DNA of 63,130 nucleotides, the filler included, from Klebsormidium nitens (lineage: Eukaryota > Plantae > Klebsormidiophyceae): NCBI GenBank assembly GCA_000708835.1. It is 7 parts of 7 records of this genome, joined end to end, with 100 filler letters (N's around TTAATTAATTAA, not from the genome) between each part and the next. Parts side by side here need not be neighbours in the genome. Positions count along the whole stretch, not along the records: positions 1 to 29,080 come from DF237828.1; positions 29,181 to 42,272 come from DF237466.1; 5 more parts are not named here. One strand, written 5' to 3'. The translations under genes were made by a program, and so were the position numbers. Positions 21,634 through 32,800 of this stretch are shown here, piece by piece (the stretch's first letter is position 1; the number at the start of each line of letters is the position of its first letter). The notes under the pieces are model-generated. The model was not told where the DNA came from and made no database searches. It saw only the letters and a program-made list of their open reading frames with translations.

Positions 21634-24578
21634 CTAACTACGTGCATAGACGCTCTTGACCCCCGGATAATACAGCTCCCTCTTTCCGAAAACGTTGACG
21701 GCCTTCCCGCTTCGCTTGAACCCCTTCCCCTCCATGCGCTTCTTCAACGCCTCGGGTTTGATTTCCTCATGCGAGAATTTGTTGTAGTCGTCGACGAAGT
21801 CATGCTCGAGAGTCTCCAGGCCGGTTCCCCGCAGGCAGTGCTCATCCAGAAACCGCTGCAGCATGTCGCAGTCTTCGAAATAGGCCCGCGTCGCCTCGAC
21901 GACTTCTGGCGGAGTCTCGCCGAGTCCCTCTCTGTAGTATTCGACAGACTCGCGCGCGAGGAGGGAGAGCAACTGCTCCAGGACGTCGGGAGCTAGCATG
22001 CGCTCCTTCAGGCCGGTGTTTGCAAGCCGGTGGTCCGGATTGGAAGGGTCGAATTTGTCAGCCGTCACGTAGGTGTTTGGAAATCGGAAAACTTCGATAC
22101 GCCGGCGGAAGTTGTCGGCCTTCGGATTGGTCCCCGGGGGCAGCAGGGGGGGGTTGTTGGTCTGGATGAAGGGCGTGTGGGTTAGCGTGAACTCCACGTT
22201 CTTTGTGTAGAGTTCGCGGGCCACGATGTCGCCCCCGCCGCACGTGGATAGAACCAGGGCCGCATCCACACACTGCGATTTGTCCGTCTCGTCCGATATG
22301 ACCATCCGCTTGCCCTTCAAGGCGAAGAGGTAGTGGGTCGGCGAGCCCTTCGAGGCAGGCCGCTGTCCAGGGGTTTTGACGACCGCGTCCGTGGACATGG
22401 TGCCGTAGTATGGGCCAAATGCCGCCTTGATCGCCTCCTTCCACACTCCCTTACCATTCCCTGCAACGCATTACGAATCTTTGACTACCTTCTTTTTCTA
22501 TTGAATTAAATCTGATTTTGTAAAAAAGAAGGACATTAAACATCCATATTTCTATTGGAACTAAAGGGCCACTGACAGGACGCCACAACGGTCCTTCTCC
22601 TCGGCTCTTGAAAATAGTTTACACAAAAGTGTGAACATCTTGAACATCCTACAAATGGCTCACCTCCGAGCCCGATGAGAAAGAAGAGCTTCTCCTCCCG
22701 AGTCATGCCGTTTGCTGCATACGCAAAGGCGCGTACAAAACGCCGGATGAGCCCCTCTTTGGCGTTAAAGATGTCCCGCAGGAACTCCAGGGGAACAGGC
22801 GAGGCGTGGTCCAGCCCCTGCAATCGGTGGAAATGCTCAGACAGTGCTACACCTTTTCGTCTCCGTTTTCCAATAATCGCGACCATTTGCAAACGACGGA
22901 GGGGGCAAGAGGCGAGATCGGAACGAGTTGCGAGATGCTCACCAGGTAGCGCAGATCGATCATACGAGTGCACATGTACTGCGGCCGGTGGGTGTCCAGG
23001 TCGCCCGTCTTTAGCTGCCAGATTCCGTTGCGGCAGTTGATGATGTGGACGTCCTTATCCAGCAGAGCAAACAGGTCGGGTGCGTACATCTCGCCCTGCA
23101 TGACCTCCATCGTGCTCTTGATCGCGGACGAGTTGTTATAATTCTTGATGCCTTTGATGATCTCTTCCAGTCTCTGAGCCTTCTTCTTGTCCTTCTCGTT
23201 TTTCAACTCCTTGCGCAACCGCTCACGTACTCGATCGTACACGCTGCTGAGCTGGTGCATCATGACGAACCGGACGTACGCGCCGGTGGGATCCTCTTCG
23301 TAGTGCTTCCCATTCCAAAAGTGCCACTTGTTGTAAAAGAACACTCTGCGTAGTAGAAAAGAGAGATTGTATATGCCTCCGCCGATGTACCAGAAAGTTT
23401 GGCCAAAAGACTGAACGTAATAAAAACGCTTCGATACTTTTTCTACAGCCGCTTGCATGTTGGTATCAGTTTGCAGCCCACATTCGACACCCACCAGCGT
23501 CTCAGATAGTGTGCGCAGAAGCTTGAACTACATAAATATGTCGGACCCGCGCAAGTACCTGCCGCAGGATGAGTACATCTGGCTGGCGATATGGCTCCCG
23601 CCCATGTCCCCCTGGAACGCCCAGTGGTCCACGAAGCGCTTGTCCAGCGTCCGATACATGCTCTCGTCGTCGGCGGAAACGGGGGCGACCTCTCCGCCGA
23701 GCATGGCCTCGTATCGAGTGAGCATCCCGATCTGCTTCAACGGGCGGACTTCGCAGCACTCGCTGCTGTTGCAGGAGTAGAGCAACGCTCGGCCGCGGAC
23801 GAGGACGGAGAAGTTGTTCGAGCTGTGCTGCTGCCCGTAAGGGCATTTGCGCTGTCCGTGAGCTCTGTATACATACATGTCGCCGGCTGGGTACTTCTTG
23901 AGCTTGTCGAAGGTGGAGGTGGTATCTCCCGCTTTCGCGAGACACACCCGAATCCTCTCCAGAACCGCCGGTTCGGCGTCGCCGCCCCTCTCGGTCGGGT
24001 CCGGTTCGGACGTGGGAGCCCAGAAAGGCTCGTGCTTGACGGAGTCCCTGAAATACACAACAGCATTGAACGGTCGGCGGCAGCTTGAACTTTCATGAAC
24101 GGCTGCATACCTCATGCGTCTCCATGTTCAGATGTTCAGGAAATGGCACAAGATGTTCTCAACCACTCCAGAAGTGGTGCAACGGTTGCAGCTACCGGAA
24201 AAAACTTGGAGAAGCAGATGGCATCCTAGAACAAGCCTCACCTGGCGGCTGCCCCCTCGCCGTTGATGACCGCGATCAACCAGTCCGGCATCGCCCTCAG
24301 GTTGGATCGGTCCTCCAGGATCTCTTGGATCCACTCATACCGCCGCTCCTCGCCGTCTAGGGCTCTGTAGCTACTCGGATCACAGAATATGAGCCCTCCG
24401 TCTCCCCGAGTGTCGATCCCGACCTTCTCATTTCGCCACGTGAGACCTTGCCGGCCGCCGCCGCTGATTAGACCCGCTTGCATCGAGGCCGACAGGGAGA
24501 AAAACAGGTGGACGCCTCCGTTTTCCGTTCGCTCATGCGGGGTATCGTCGGGCAAGACGTCATACAGTTCCACCATCT
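21634..24578 (-). CDS. Spliced virus-type Prim-Pol/D5-like SF3 primase-helicase, copy B (exons 24578-24242, 24047-23559, 23345-22943, 22817-22664, 22460-21634; further 5' exon(s) likely)
   Basis: Four GT-AG introns (24241-24048, 23558-23346, 22942-22818, 22663-22461) give one continuous frame of ~736 codons. Motifs: Prim-Pol TENGGVHLFF and GIDTRGDGGLIFCDPS, D5_N INCRNG, Walker A GLGG|NGKG split by the last intron, Walker B VISDETD, FIQTNNPP, RRIEVFRF. An acceptor ctttctcag precedes 24578. Confidence 0.9.
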
Positions 24579-25254
24579 CTGAGAAAGCGATGTGTAACGA
24601 TTACGACTAGTTAAGCCTAACCTCGTTCTCGACAGGATTTCGTTGACCGCGAGTTAGCGAAACGGCGGTGGTTACGTCTTAACGACGCACTGCGTGGCTG
24701 TCTGCAAGATGGCGTAATATCCCGGATGGATCGGCTTCAATGAGCCGATGTCACCGTTCAGGATAAGTTGTGTTCGGCTTTGCCGTTCGATGCAGCCAAG
24801 CTCATCTGTGCGTTCTGCACAGCTTGCGTGGCTGGTCTTGTCAAAGGTAGTGGACAAGAGAGAGCTATACGATTAGCCGCATAATCCACGTTGTATGTAG
24901 AGCTGTATGCTATTGATGCATATCTAGTCAAATCATGTATCGTGACGTGCTGATCTGTCTCGACTTGTGGTGATCCTCATCGCGACAGCGCAACGTGCTC
25001 AACATATGTGGATTCAATTGTCTTATCTCTTGACATGGCTTTCTGATCGTGGATGAGACGTGATCAACCCATATCGAGGGCAGAGACGTTGAGACGTCTT
25101 CTCGACATGGCTCTTGTGATTTCATCAAGCGTAAAGAAGCAAGCGCCTTGCGAGGTGCGAGTCTCGAGACTCCTCGACTGAATATGGAGCCTCNNNNNNN
25201 NNNNNNNNNNNNNTTGACGAATAGGTCCAACGTACACACAGGGAATCCGAGTTT

Positions 25255-27900
25255 GTGAAAGTGGCGAGCTGCAGCGACGCATTTGTCTACGGCTGGCTCC
25301 GTTGCCTCTGCTGTCGCCTCCTGCAAAAGCCGGAGACCGAGATTACTTTGCGCAAATTCCTGAACCCTCTGAACATAATGAGGAAGGCTACCAGACTGGG
25401 CATGCATCCGGCTGTTTATGATGTTCAAGCTTTTGCTTAAACTATTCTGAGATCCGAGGTCAGTCGACGTACCTCTGCTGTCGCCTCCTGCAAAAGCCGG
25501 AGACCGAGATTACTTTGCGCAAATTCCTGAACCCTCTGAACATAATGAGGAAGGCTACCAGACTGGGCATGCATCCGGCTGTTTATGATGTTCAAGCTTT
25601 TGCTTAAACTATTCTGAGATCCGAGTTCAGTCGACGTACCTCTGGATCGTCGCGAGTGGCTTCAACATCTGCCGCCGGCCGTGGGTCACTTGCTTCGATC
25701 TCCATGCCAGCCTGAGCTGCTGCCCCTGCCGCCACCTGGAAATGCTGGAGACCGATAAAAGTTTGGGCGAATCCATAAACATCTTGAACATACGTACGGC
25801 GAAGGCCAAGGCTACCAGACTTGGCACGCATCCAGATGTTTTTGATGTTCATGCTTTTGCCCAAATTATTATGAGATCCAAGGTCAGTAGGTAGGCTGCC
25901 TCTGCTGCCGCCACCTGGAAAAGCCGGGGACTGAGATTACTTTGCGCGAATTCCTGAACTCTCTGAAAAAGGACAAGGAAGGCTACTCGGCAACGCATCC
26001 GGATGTTTGTGATGTTCATGCTTTTGCCCAAACTATCTGAGATCCGAGGTCAGCCGACCTACCTCCGACCCGTCGGGAGTGGCTACCTCAGTTGCCTCCG
26101 GCCGTGGCTCTTGATCGATCTCCATACCAGCCTGTGCTGCTTCCCCTGCAGCCGCCACCTGGAAAAGCCGGAGTCCGGGTTTACTTTGTGCGAATTCCTG
26201 AATACTCTAAACGGGACGAGGAAGGCGACTTCGAACGCATCTGGATGTTTACGATGTTTATGCTTTTGCCCGAAGTATTATGGGATCCTAGATTAGTAGA
26301 CGTACCTGCGACCTGTCGCGAGTGGCTTCCTCAGTTGGCTCCGGCCGTGGGTTTGCTTCGATCTCCATACCAGCCTGTACTGCCGCCTCTGCTGCCGCCT
26401 CCTAAAAGATGCCGGAGGCCGAGAAAGGCTTGCGCAAATCCATAAACACTAAGATGCTATTAGACTCGGCAACGCATCGGAATGTTTATGATGTTTATGC
26501 TTTTGCCCAAAACTATCACGGGATCCAAGCTCAGTCGACATACCTCTGGATCGTCGCAAGTGGCTTCCTCGGCTGGCTCCATCCGTGGTTATTGTTTGAC
26601 ACCTTCGCACCATTTGGCAACAGTGGATGCGGTCTTCCACAGCGACAAGCGTGTTCAAGATGTTTGGACTTTTGGACAAACTATTTTCATGTGAGCGAAG
26701 GAGAAGGGGCAGGCTTTTGATGGGTTTTGTCAACGTGGTACCCCCTCTGGATATTTGATGTCCTTCTTTTTTACATGATCATCTTTTTTATTAATAGAAA
26801 AAGAAAGACATTAAACATCCATAGTGCTATTGGAACTGGAGGCCATTGACAGAACTCTGGTCCTCTCCTTGGCTCTTTGAAATAGTTTGTCCAAAAGCTT
26901 AGACACCTTGAACAAGGAATCGAGAGGTTTTTCTCTCGCCTAAAGTCTTTATGGGTTCCAGAGTGAAAGACCTACCCCCGAGTTGCAAATGGCTTCCACA
27001 GTCGCCGGCTCTTGCGGCATGGTGCCCACTGCCGCTGCCTCCTGGATCAGCCAGAGACCGAGATTAGTTTGCGCAAATTCATAAACATCCTAAACATAAA
27101 GCCTCGGCGGCTGTCGCTGATGTTCATGCTTGTGCGCAAACTGTTTATGGGATATTGAATCATATACCAACCTCTGGATCGTCGCAGGTGGCTTCATCAG
27201 ATGGCTCCCGCCGTGGCTCTTGTTGGATCTCTATACCGGCATGTACTGCTGCCGCCACCTGAAAGAGCCAGAGACTGAGAGAATTTTGCGCAATTCCATA
27301 AACACCCTGAACAAGACAAGGCATGCTACCAGGCTGGGCACGCATCTCGATGTTTATGCCGTTTATGCTTTTGCCCAAAACTATCACGGGATCCAAGCTC
27401 AGTCGACATACCTCTGGATCGTCGCAAGTGGCTTCCTCGGCTGGCTCCGGCCGTGGCTCTTGATCGATCTCCATACCAGCATGTACTGCCGCCTCTGCTG
27501 TTGCCTCCTGGAAAAGTCGGGGACCGAGATTAATTTGCGCGAATTCGTGAACACCCTGAACAGGACAAGGGGCACGCATCCGGATGTTTAAGATGTTTAC
27601 GGTTTTGCCCAAAACTTTTCTGGGATCCAGAGTCATAGACCTACCTTTGGTTCGGTTGAAGTGGCTTCCACATGTGGCGACCGCATCGGCTCTTCTTCGT
27701 GTTCTGCCGGCGGTTGCTCAAAGTTGTCCAGCCTCGTGTCCAGCTCCAAACCACTCTCTCTTGCTGCCACTGTCGCTGCCACCTGGGAAGATCTCAAGAA
27801 TAGTTTGCGTCAGTTCCTGAACATCCGAACACCGATTGGAAGATTTTTAGACAGTGCATGCATCTTGGTGGTTCAAGCTTTTGCCGAAACTCTAAAACAG
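25255..27900. repeat. 2.6-kb array of degenerate ~170-250 bp units with head-to-head TGTTCA-motifs
   Basis: Each unit reads tttgcgcaaattc.tgaac...tgaaca, then a ~30-nt spacer, then tgtttatgatgttca.gcttttgcccaaacta. Near-exact 167-bp tandem copy at 25305-25640. A long palindrome at 26652-26912. Confidence 0.92.
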
Positions 27901-28059
27901 TGGTAGTTAACTCACCACTTTGCAGGCGGGTTTTTGTCGCTTGCTTTTCTTAGGCAACCTCGTCTTCGTGCGCTTTGTGCTTTCGTTACCGAGCACGACA
28001 GCCTCTAAGCTAGTGGTCATGCTACTTACGTATGCCGGAGAAGTAGGCGAGTACAGTGA

Positions 28060-28425
28060 TTCCGCTTCAAGAGCCATTTCTGGACTGTGTTTTTCCATCT
28101 CAAAAGGCGGAGTTTCAGTGCTTAGAACCGATGTGCAACCGTGCTGTGGAGGGAGCAATGCTGACTAGCTTGCATGTGTTTTTGCTTCCGCCACTGTTTC
28201 GAAGCGCTTGCGAAGCTTTTACAGTCGTGTATCTTGTGCCGACCTTTGAACCTTTGAACCTTGCAGCAGCTTTCAGCAAGACTTTGAACACGAATTGAAA
28301 CCTTTGCACGAACGTTTGCGCACGGAGGCCATCGACGGCTGTCGCTGGCGCGATCGGAAATACTTTGGTCAAGACCTTGAACAGTCTGAACATGCTAGAT
28401 CAGCCCTAGGTTAGCCTAGCCTGAT
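28060..28425. other. Second copy of the conserved block ending gttagcctagcct (element end or bidirectional promoter)
   Basis: Colinear homology with 17610-17965 in the same orientation. In both cases the block lies upstream of a minus-strand primase-helicase. Confidence 0.75.
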
Positions 28426-28641
28426 TACCGAGCTGTTAGAGCGGAAAATGTCCTGACCTGTTTTTACGAGTTCAGGGTTTTCATGCTTTTAGGGAGTCAA
28501 ACCCAAATAAATGATAATAATGCTTTTGTGTGTTCAGAGAAGAAGACCGTCCCTCTCGTTCATTCGACTACTGCTGTAGTTTTACGAAGACGGAGACAAA
28601 GTGATCAAAGCAAGATCTACTAGGGCTGGCTGAACGCAGTC

Positions 28642-28965
28642 ATGGGGCTGTTTGATGTCTGCAAGCACACTCATTATTCAGACGCCAATATTTATAAGTG
28701 CCACGAGTACCATCGTACAAAGATTGGAGTTTATAAATCAAAATATGTGTCTTGGGGAGTCGGGCATGTAGTCAGTTACAGTGCGACACTTGGTGCCACA
28801 GTTGCAACCGGCGGTCTCCTGGTTCCCCTCATGCCTGTTTCAATGGGTGCTGCATATTCACACATGATGTACTACCAAAAAAAGATTCGAGTGCATGCGG
28901 AGGCAATGGAGAGGGCGGAGAAAGAGCTGAAGAGGAGAGGGCTACAAGTTCCTGTTGAAAAGTGA
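28642..28965 (+). CDS. Small orphan protein with Gly/Ala-rich hydrophobic hairpin and basic C-terminal helix
   Basis: 107-aa intronless ATG ORF; hydrophobic SATLGATVATGGLLVPLMPVSMGAAY followed by QKKIRVHAEAMERAEKELKRRG. Confidence 0.55.
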   Translation: MGLFDVCKHTHYSDANIYKCHEYHRTKIGVYKSKYVSWGVGHVVSYSATLGATVATGGLLVPLMPVSMGAAYSHMMYYQKKIRVHAEAMERAEKELKRRGLQVPVEK

Positions 28966-29080
28966 GAGGGTATTTGTATGATAGTCCTTAGCTCAGTTTA
29001 TTTGGAGATTAAAAGTGATTGAAATATTGTGTAGCTCTTTCAGTCTTTGGAAGCTTTCCAATGATGAATATATGTGTTTA

Positions 29081-29180
29081 NNNNNNNNNNNNNNNNNNNN
29101 NNNNNNNNNNNNNNNNNNNNNNNNTTAATTAATTAANNNNNNNNNNNNNNNNNNNNNNNNNNNNNNNNNNNNNNNNNNNN
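29081..29180. other. Artificial contig-joining spacer (also 42273-42372, 50023-50122, 54276-54375, 57238-57337, 59729-59828)
   Basis: An identical 100-nt N block with central TTAATTAATTAA (stop codons in all six frames) occurs six times. Confidence 0.95.
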
Positions 29181-29893
29181 GCTTGAGTGCTACTAGGTTT
29201 CCGAGTTCTCGAATCTCAACTCCCGAGCTGCACTTTTTGCCGCATGCAACACGTGGACCACATGGCCCACGTGGTCACATTTGATTGGCTCGCAACAAAT
29301 ACCACTGCCAGGCGCAGGCCCATGAACGAGCTGCAGCACCGTTCTCCAAGTTGTCAGCACTGGCGGCGCTAGCTTTGCATATGAGCATATCCCACCTACC
29401 TTAAGTATGCTCTTCTCTAAACTCGCATGGCGCTTCAATTACTAGAAGAAGAGCTTGGTGCCGTTGGTGGTGACTTTGTAGGTGCCTAGCTTTTTTCATA
29501 AATGACAAGTCAAAATATGGTCTGTCGTGAGTTGAGGGGCACTTGAAAGGGGGAGTGTGTTCGGCTGATAAAGAGTTTTTAGTCACATGGAGGTGAGGAG
29601 ATTCTGTCAAAGGGGCCACGTCAATTGTCATTTTTGCTCTTTGCAATGCTTGAATGTCCAGACTCCAGGTCTGCATTTGCTGAATCAGTACACTGCATTA
29701 TGCTCTAATCTACAAATGTTACACATTTCTGCGTGACTATACAATCCTTCCCTTCTTGCACTTCATGGCCATCAGCTGCTCCCCTGTTTGTCTCCCTTCG
29801 TTTGGCACCAGCTTCAAACAGGATCTGGCAGCTTCAGAATGCAGGAGCAACAAACAGAAAGACAGGATCTCATAGCGCTGAAGGGTCTGCAAA

Positions 29894-32800
29894 ATGGGTC
29901 CAATTCTCCTTCTCTGCCAGGCATCACCGCCAGATGGCTCCCATTCATTGGCCCACTCCCTCTGGCGCACTCGCTGGGACACCTTCAAGCGGAAGGCGTT
30001 CCGCAGCGACATGCTTCTCTACTGGACGCTCCTGGGTGTTGCTTTTGGGGCAGTGGTGGGGGGTATGGTGACCTGGCTACACCCGTCGGAGCGAGTGACT
30101 GAGCTCATTGGTCAGTTCTTGGGGCAAAGTCTCGGCTGTACGGAAAGTCTTTGGATCTGGTTGTCATGAGCGTTTGAGTGGATTTTGAGATTGTACTTTA
30201 GTCGGGTGGGCCTCCCTAAACCCAATTAGGGAGGCCCACCGCCATATCAGACTTGAAAAAGAAACATGAGAGAAACATGTTCTGGGAGCAAATTCCTGCG
30301 ATGTATCAAGATGCTCGTCACAACTGGCCATGAGACTTATGCATCGATGATGACTCTAAGAGTGAAAGATGTGTAGAGACTGTTCATACTTATGTACTGC
30401 AACAGAGGTTTAGCAACCTCTCAACTTTGGGGCCTTCGCGATCAGGCAATTTCCAGATATACACAATTGACAACAATGCACTGGCAAACAGTTTCCAAGG
30501 CTTTCTCCATCCTGACCCCAGGTTATCCTGGAGAGCTGCTGATGCGAGCGCTGCGTGAGTTGGTGCTTCCGCTAGTCGCTCTGGCGCTGATGACTGGGGT
30601 GCTCAACCTCCGACACACCACCACAGGGTGAGCGCTCTGGGACCCGTTCCTCAAGTCCCTGTTTGGAACATGCAACTAATGTCCTGTTCTTGCCTGTCTA
30701 ATACATCAATCATCTTGACTTCTGTCAGTCGATAGCCAGTTCATAGAAGACGCCTAGTGGCCAACCATGCGTCGCCCTGATCAGGCTCCAACATAACTCT
30801 TTGAAGCCTGCAACAAAGATTCCGTATGCACGGGCCCGAATGGTAAGACGAGAGTTTTATGGCACTGCGCCAAGCTAAACATGTTGTTCCGTGCGCATTC
30901 ACTTTTCGGATACTATTGAATAGATTCCGTCAAAATCTCTTCAGTGCTTTAGAAGAAGATGTAAGCCAGGCCTCTCCTCCCCTGGGCACCTAATCAGAAA
31001 AACTTTGTCCCTCCACCAATTCAAAGCATGCAAAACAAAACCAATTTCATTCGCCCCTCCTACAAGTCCGGCAGTAACCCAAGCCAGTCTCACAAAAACT
31101 CGCATTTCATATCAATCTACAGCTTCTCACCTTTCGTCGCACTCATTCGGCCTCACAGGAGCAGCCGCATCGCGCAGTGGGCGATGCAGTTCTACCTTCT
31201 GTCCATGCTGCTCGCTGTCGCCCTGGGGATAGGGCTTATTTACACCATCCGTCCTGGCCGGGGTCAGCCCCTCGCCAAGATGGCGCACAAAACCGAGTGT
31301 GGGAATGGGACCGGGAACAGTGTGCAAGGGGGCAGGTAAGCACCCGGGGGCAGTATTTCATTTCGGACGTGGAGCCATGTGTTCGGAAGACAGCACTCAC
31401 AATCAACACCATGCGAAGGAGAGGAAGCTGCATGGAATACTGACGCTGACTCCAAGAAGCCGCCACTTACTGTTGCTCAAATGGAGGGAAGTAGCAACCG
31501 CCGCTGCGTAAAACTCGGAGCCTCGTTGAGGAGTGCTTCCCTACCGTAAAGATGTGTCTCCGGGAGAAGCATTCCCAAAGTCTCTCGAGTCAGTGCTCAA
31601 ACGAGCCGCACATAGTGGTTAAGAAGATATCAGCACTAGAGAATTTTGAGGTTAACGAAGCTTTGTGAACGTTTGAATGTATGGCTCTAACATTCCTTTC
31701 TGAATGTTCAATCTTCGAATGTTGGGTGTTTGACGATCTTCACGGGTAGTTAGCCTATGTTCATCTGCGACTGGAGCCCAACGTGTGATGCGGCAGTGAG
31801 CAAACTCCAGGGCTGTGCAGAAGCTGACGTCACTTTCGCTCATGTTAACGTCACCAGGCCGGCGGCGAGCGGCGACCTGGTGGAGGCGCTGCTCAACATC
31901 GGGCGCGACCTGGTGCCCACCAATATCGTGCAGGCCGCCGCGGACGCCAACTTCTTGGGCGTCATTGCCATCTCCATCTTTTTCGGCTCCGTCCTCGCTT
32001 CCATGGGTATGTTCAAAGCAGGCGTTTTTCGCTTCACAGTATGTCTCGGGTTACACGCTCTCCTGCCCAGTCAAATCATGGAAAGACAATTCGTGTTGTT
32101 GTGGGTACTTGGGAAGACAATTGGGGTAGATTATTGGGCCTCATCCCCATCTTCGTCTTTTCCGCCGTCGTCCTCGCTTATATGAGTATGGTGTGCCAAG
32201 CACTTCCTTTCACGCATCTACGGTGGCATGGAAACAAATTCCAGGGTTCAGGATTTTGAAAGAACTTGGACCCCGAGTCTGTAGTCACCATACTTTTTAG
32301 GGCTTTGTTCTAGGCGTCCAGGAGGGCTTTTTGATCTTCGAACCGGCCAGTTCTTTGCTGTTTCCTCGTTTCAGGATTTTCAAGCCTAAAAAAGATCCTC
32401 GTTCTTTCCTTGATTCTGCCTTTCAGTATAATTGTACTCCTGACCTTATGTCTGTCTGGCCGGTGAATGGGTACGTGTCTCGTGATTTAGGCCTTGGAGG
32501 CTAAGACAACACTGCAACGTGGATGCCATCGCAAGTTCCGCTTGCTTGGTTGTGGTTGCGCCCTTTCGGACGTCTCCAAATCCCAGAAGTTTTCTGCTGC
32601 TCTTTTCGACGATTCATCCCGCCGAAGCCAGAGTCTCGGACCTAGGGTGTGCTCTTGAGCCGGTCGGTCGTCAGCAGCGGCAGATTGGATACGTCAAACA
32701 GCAGCAATTATCGCTCAGATAGGCCAGAGCAGGTTTGTCTCGTTTTTCTTTCCGATTCGGTCGAGGGTTAGCTACGATCGGTTACTGCGATATTCAGGAC

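Noticed and set aside
24672-25190. Candidate 5' exons for the Prim-Pol domain of copy B
   Set aside because: An acceptor exists at 24579, but no upstream segment with a convincing Prim-Pol N-terminal motif and in-phase donor could be identified by eye.
11568-28965. Calling contig 1 a complete virophage, Polinton or giant endogenous virus
   Set aside because: No capsid, packaging ATPase, protease or polymerase B is recognisable in the sequenced part, and no terminal inverted repeats were found. Gaps could hide small genes.
29125-29136. TTAATTAATTAA palindrome recurring six times inside N runs
   Set aside because: It sits in an identical 100-nt spacer each time and gives stops in all frames, so it is an assembly linker. 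No biological linkage was inferred across these joins.
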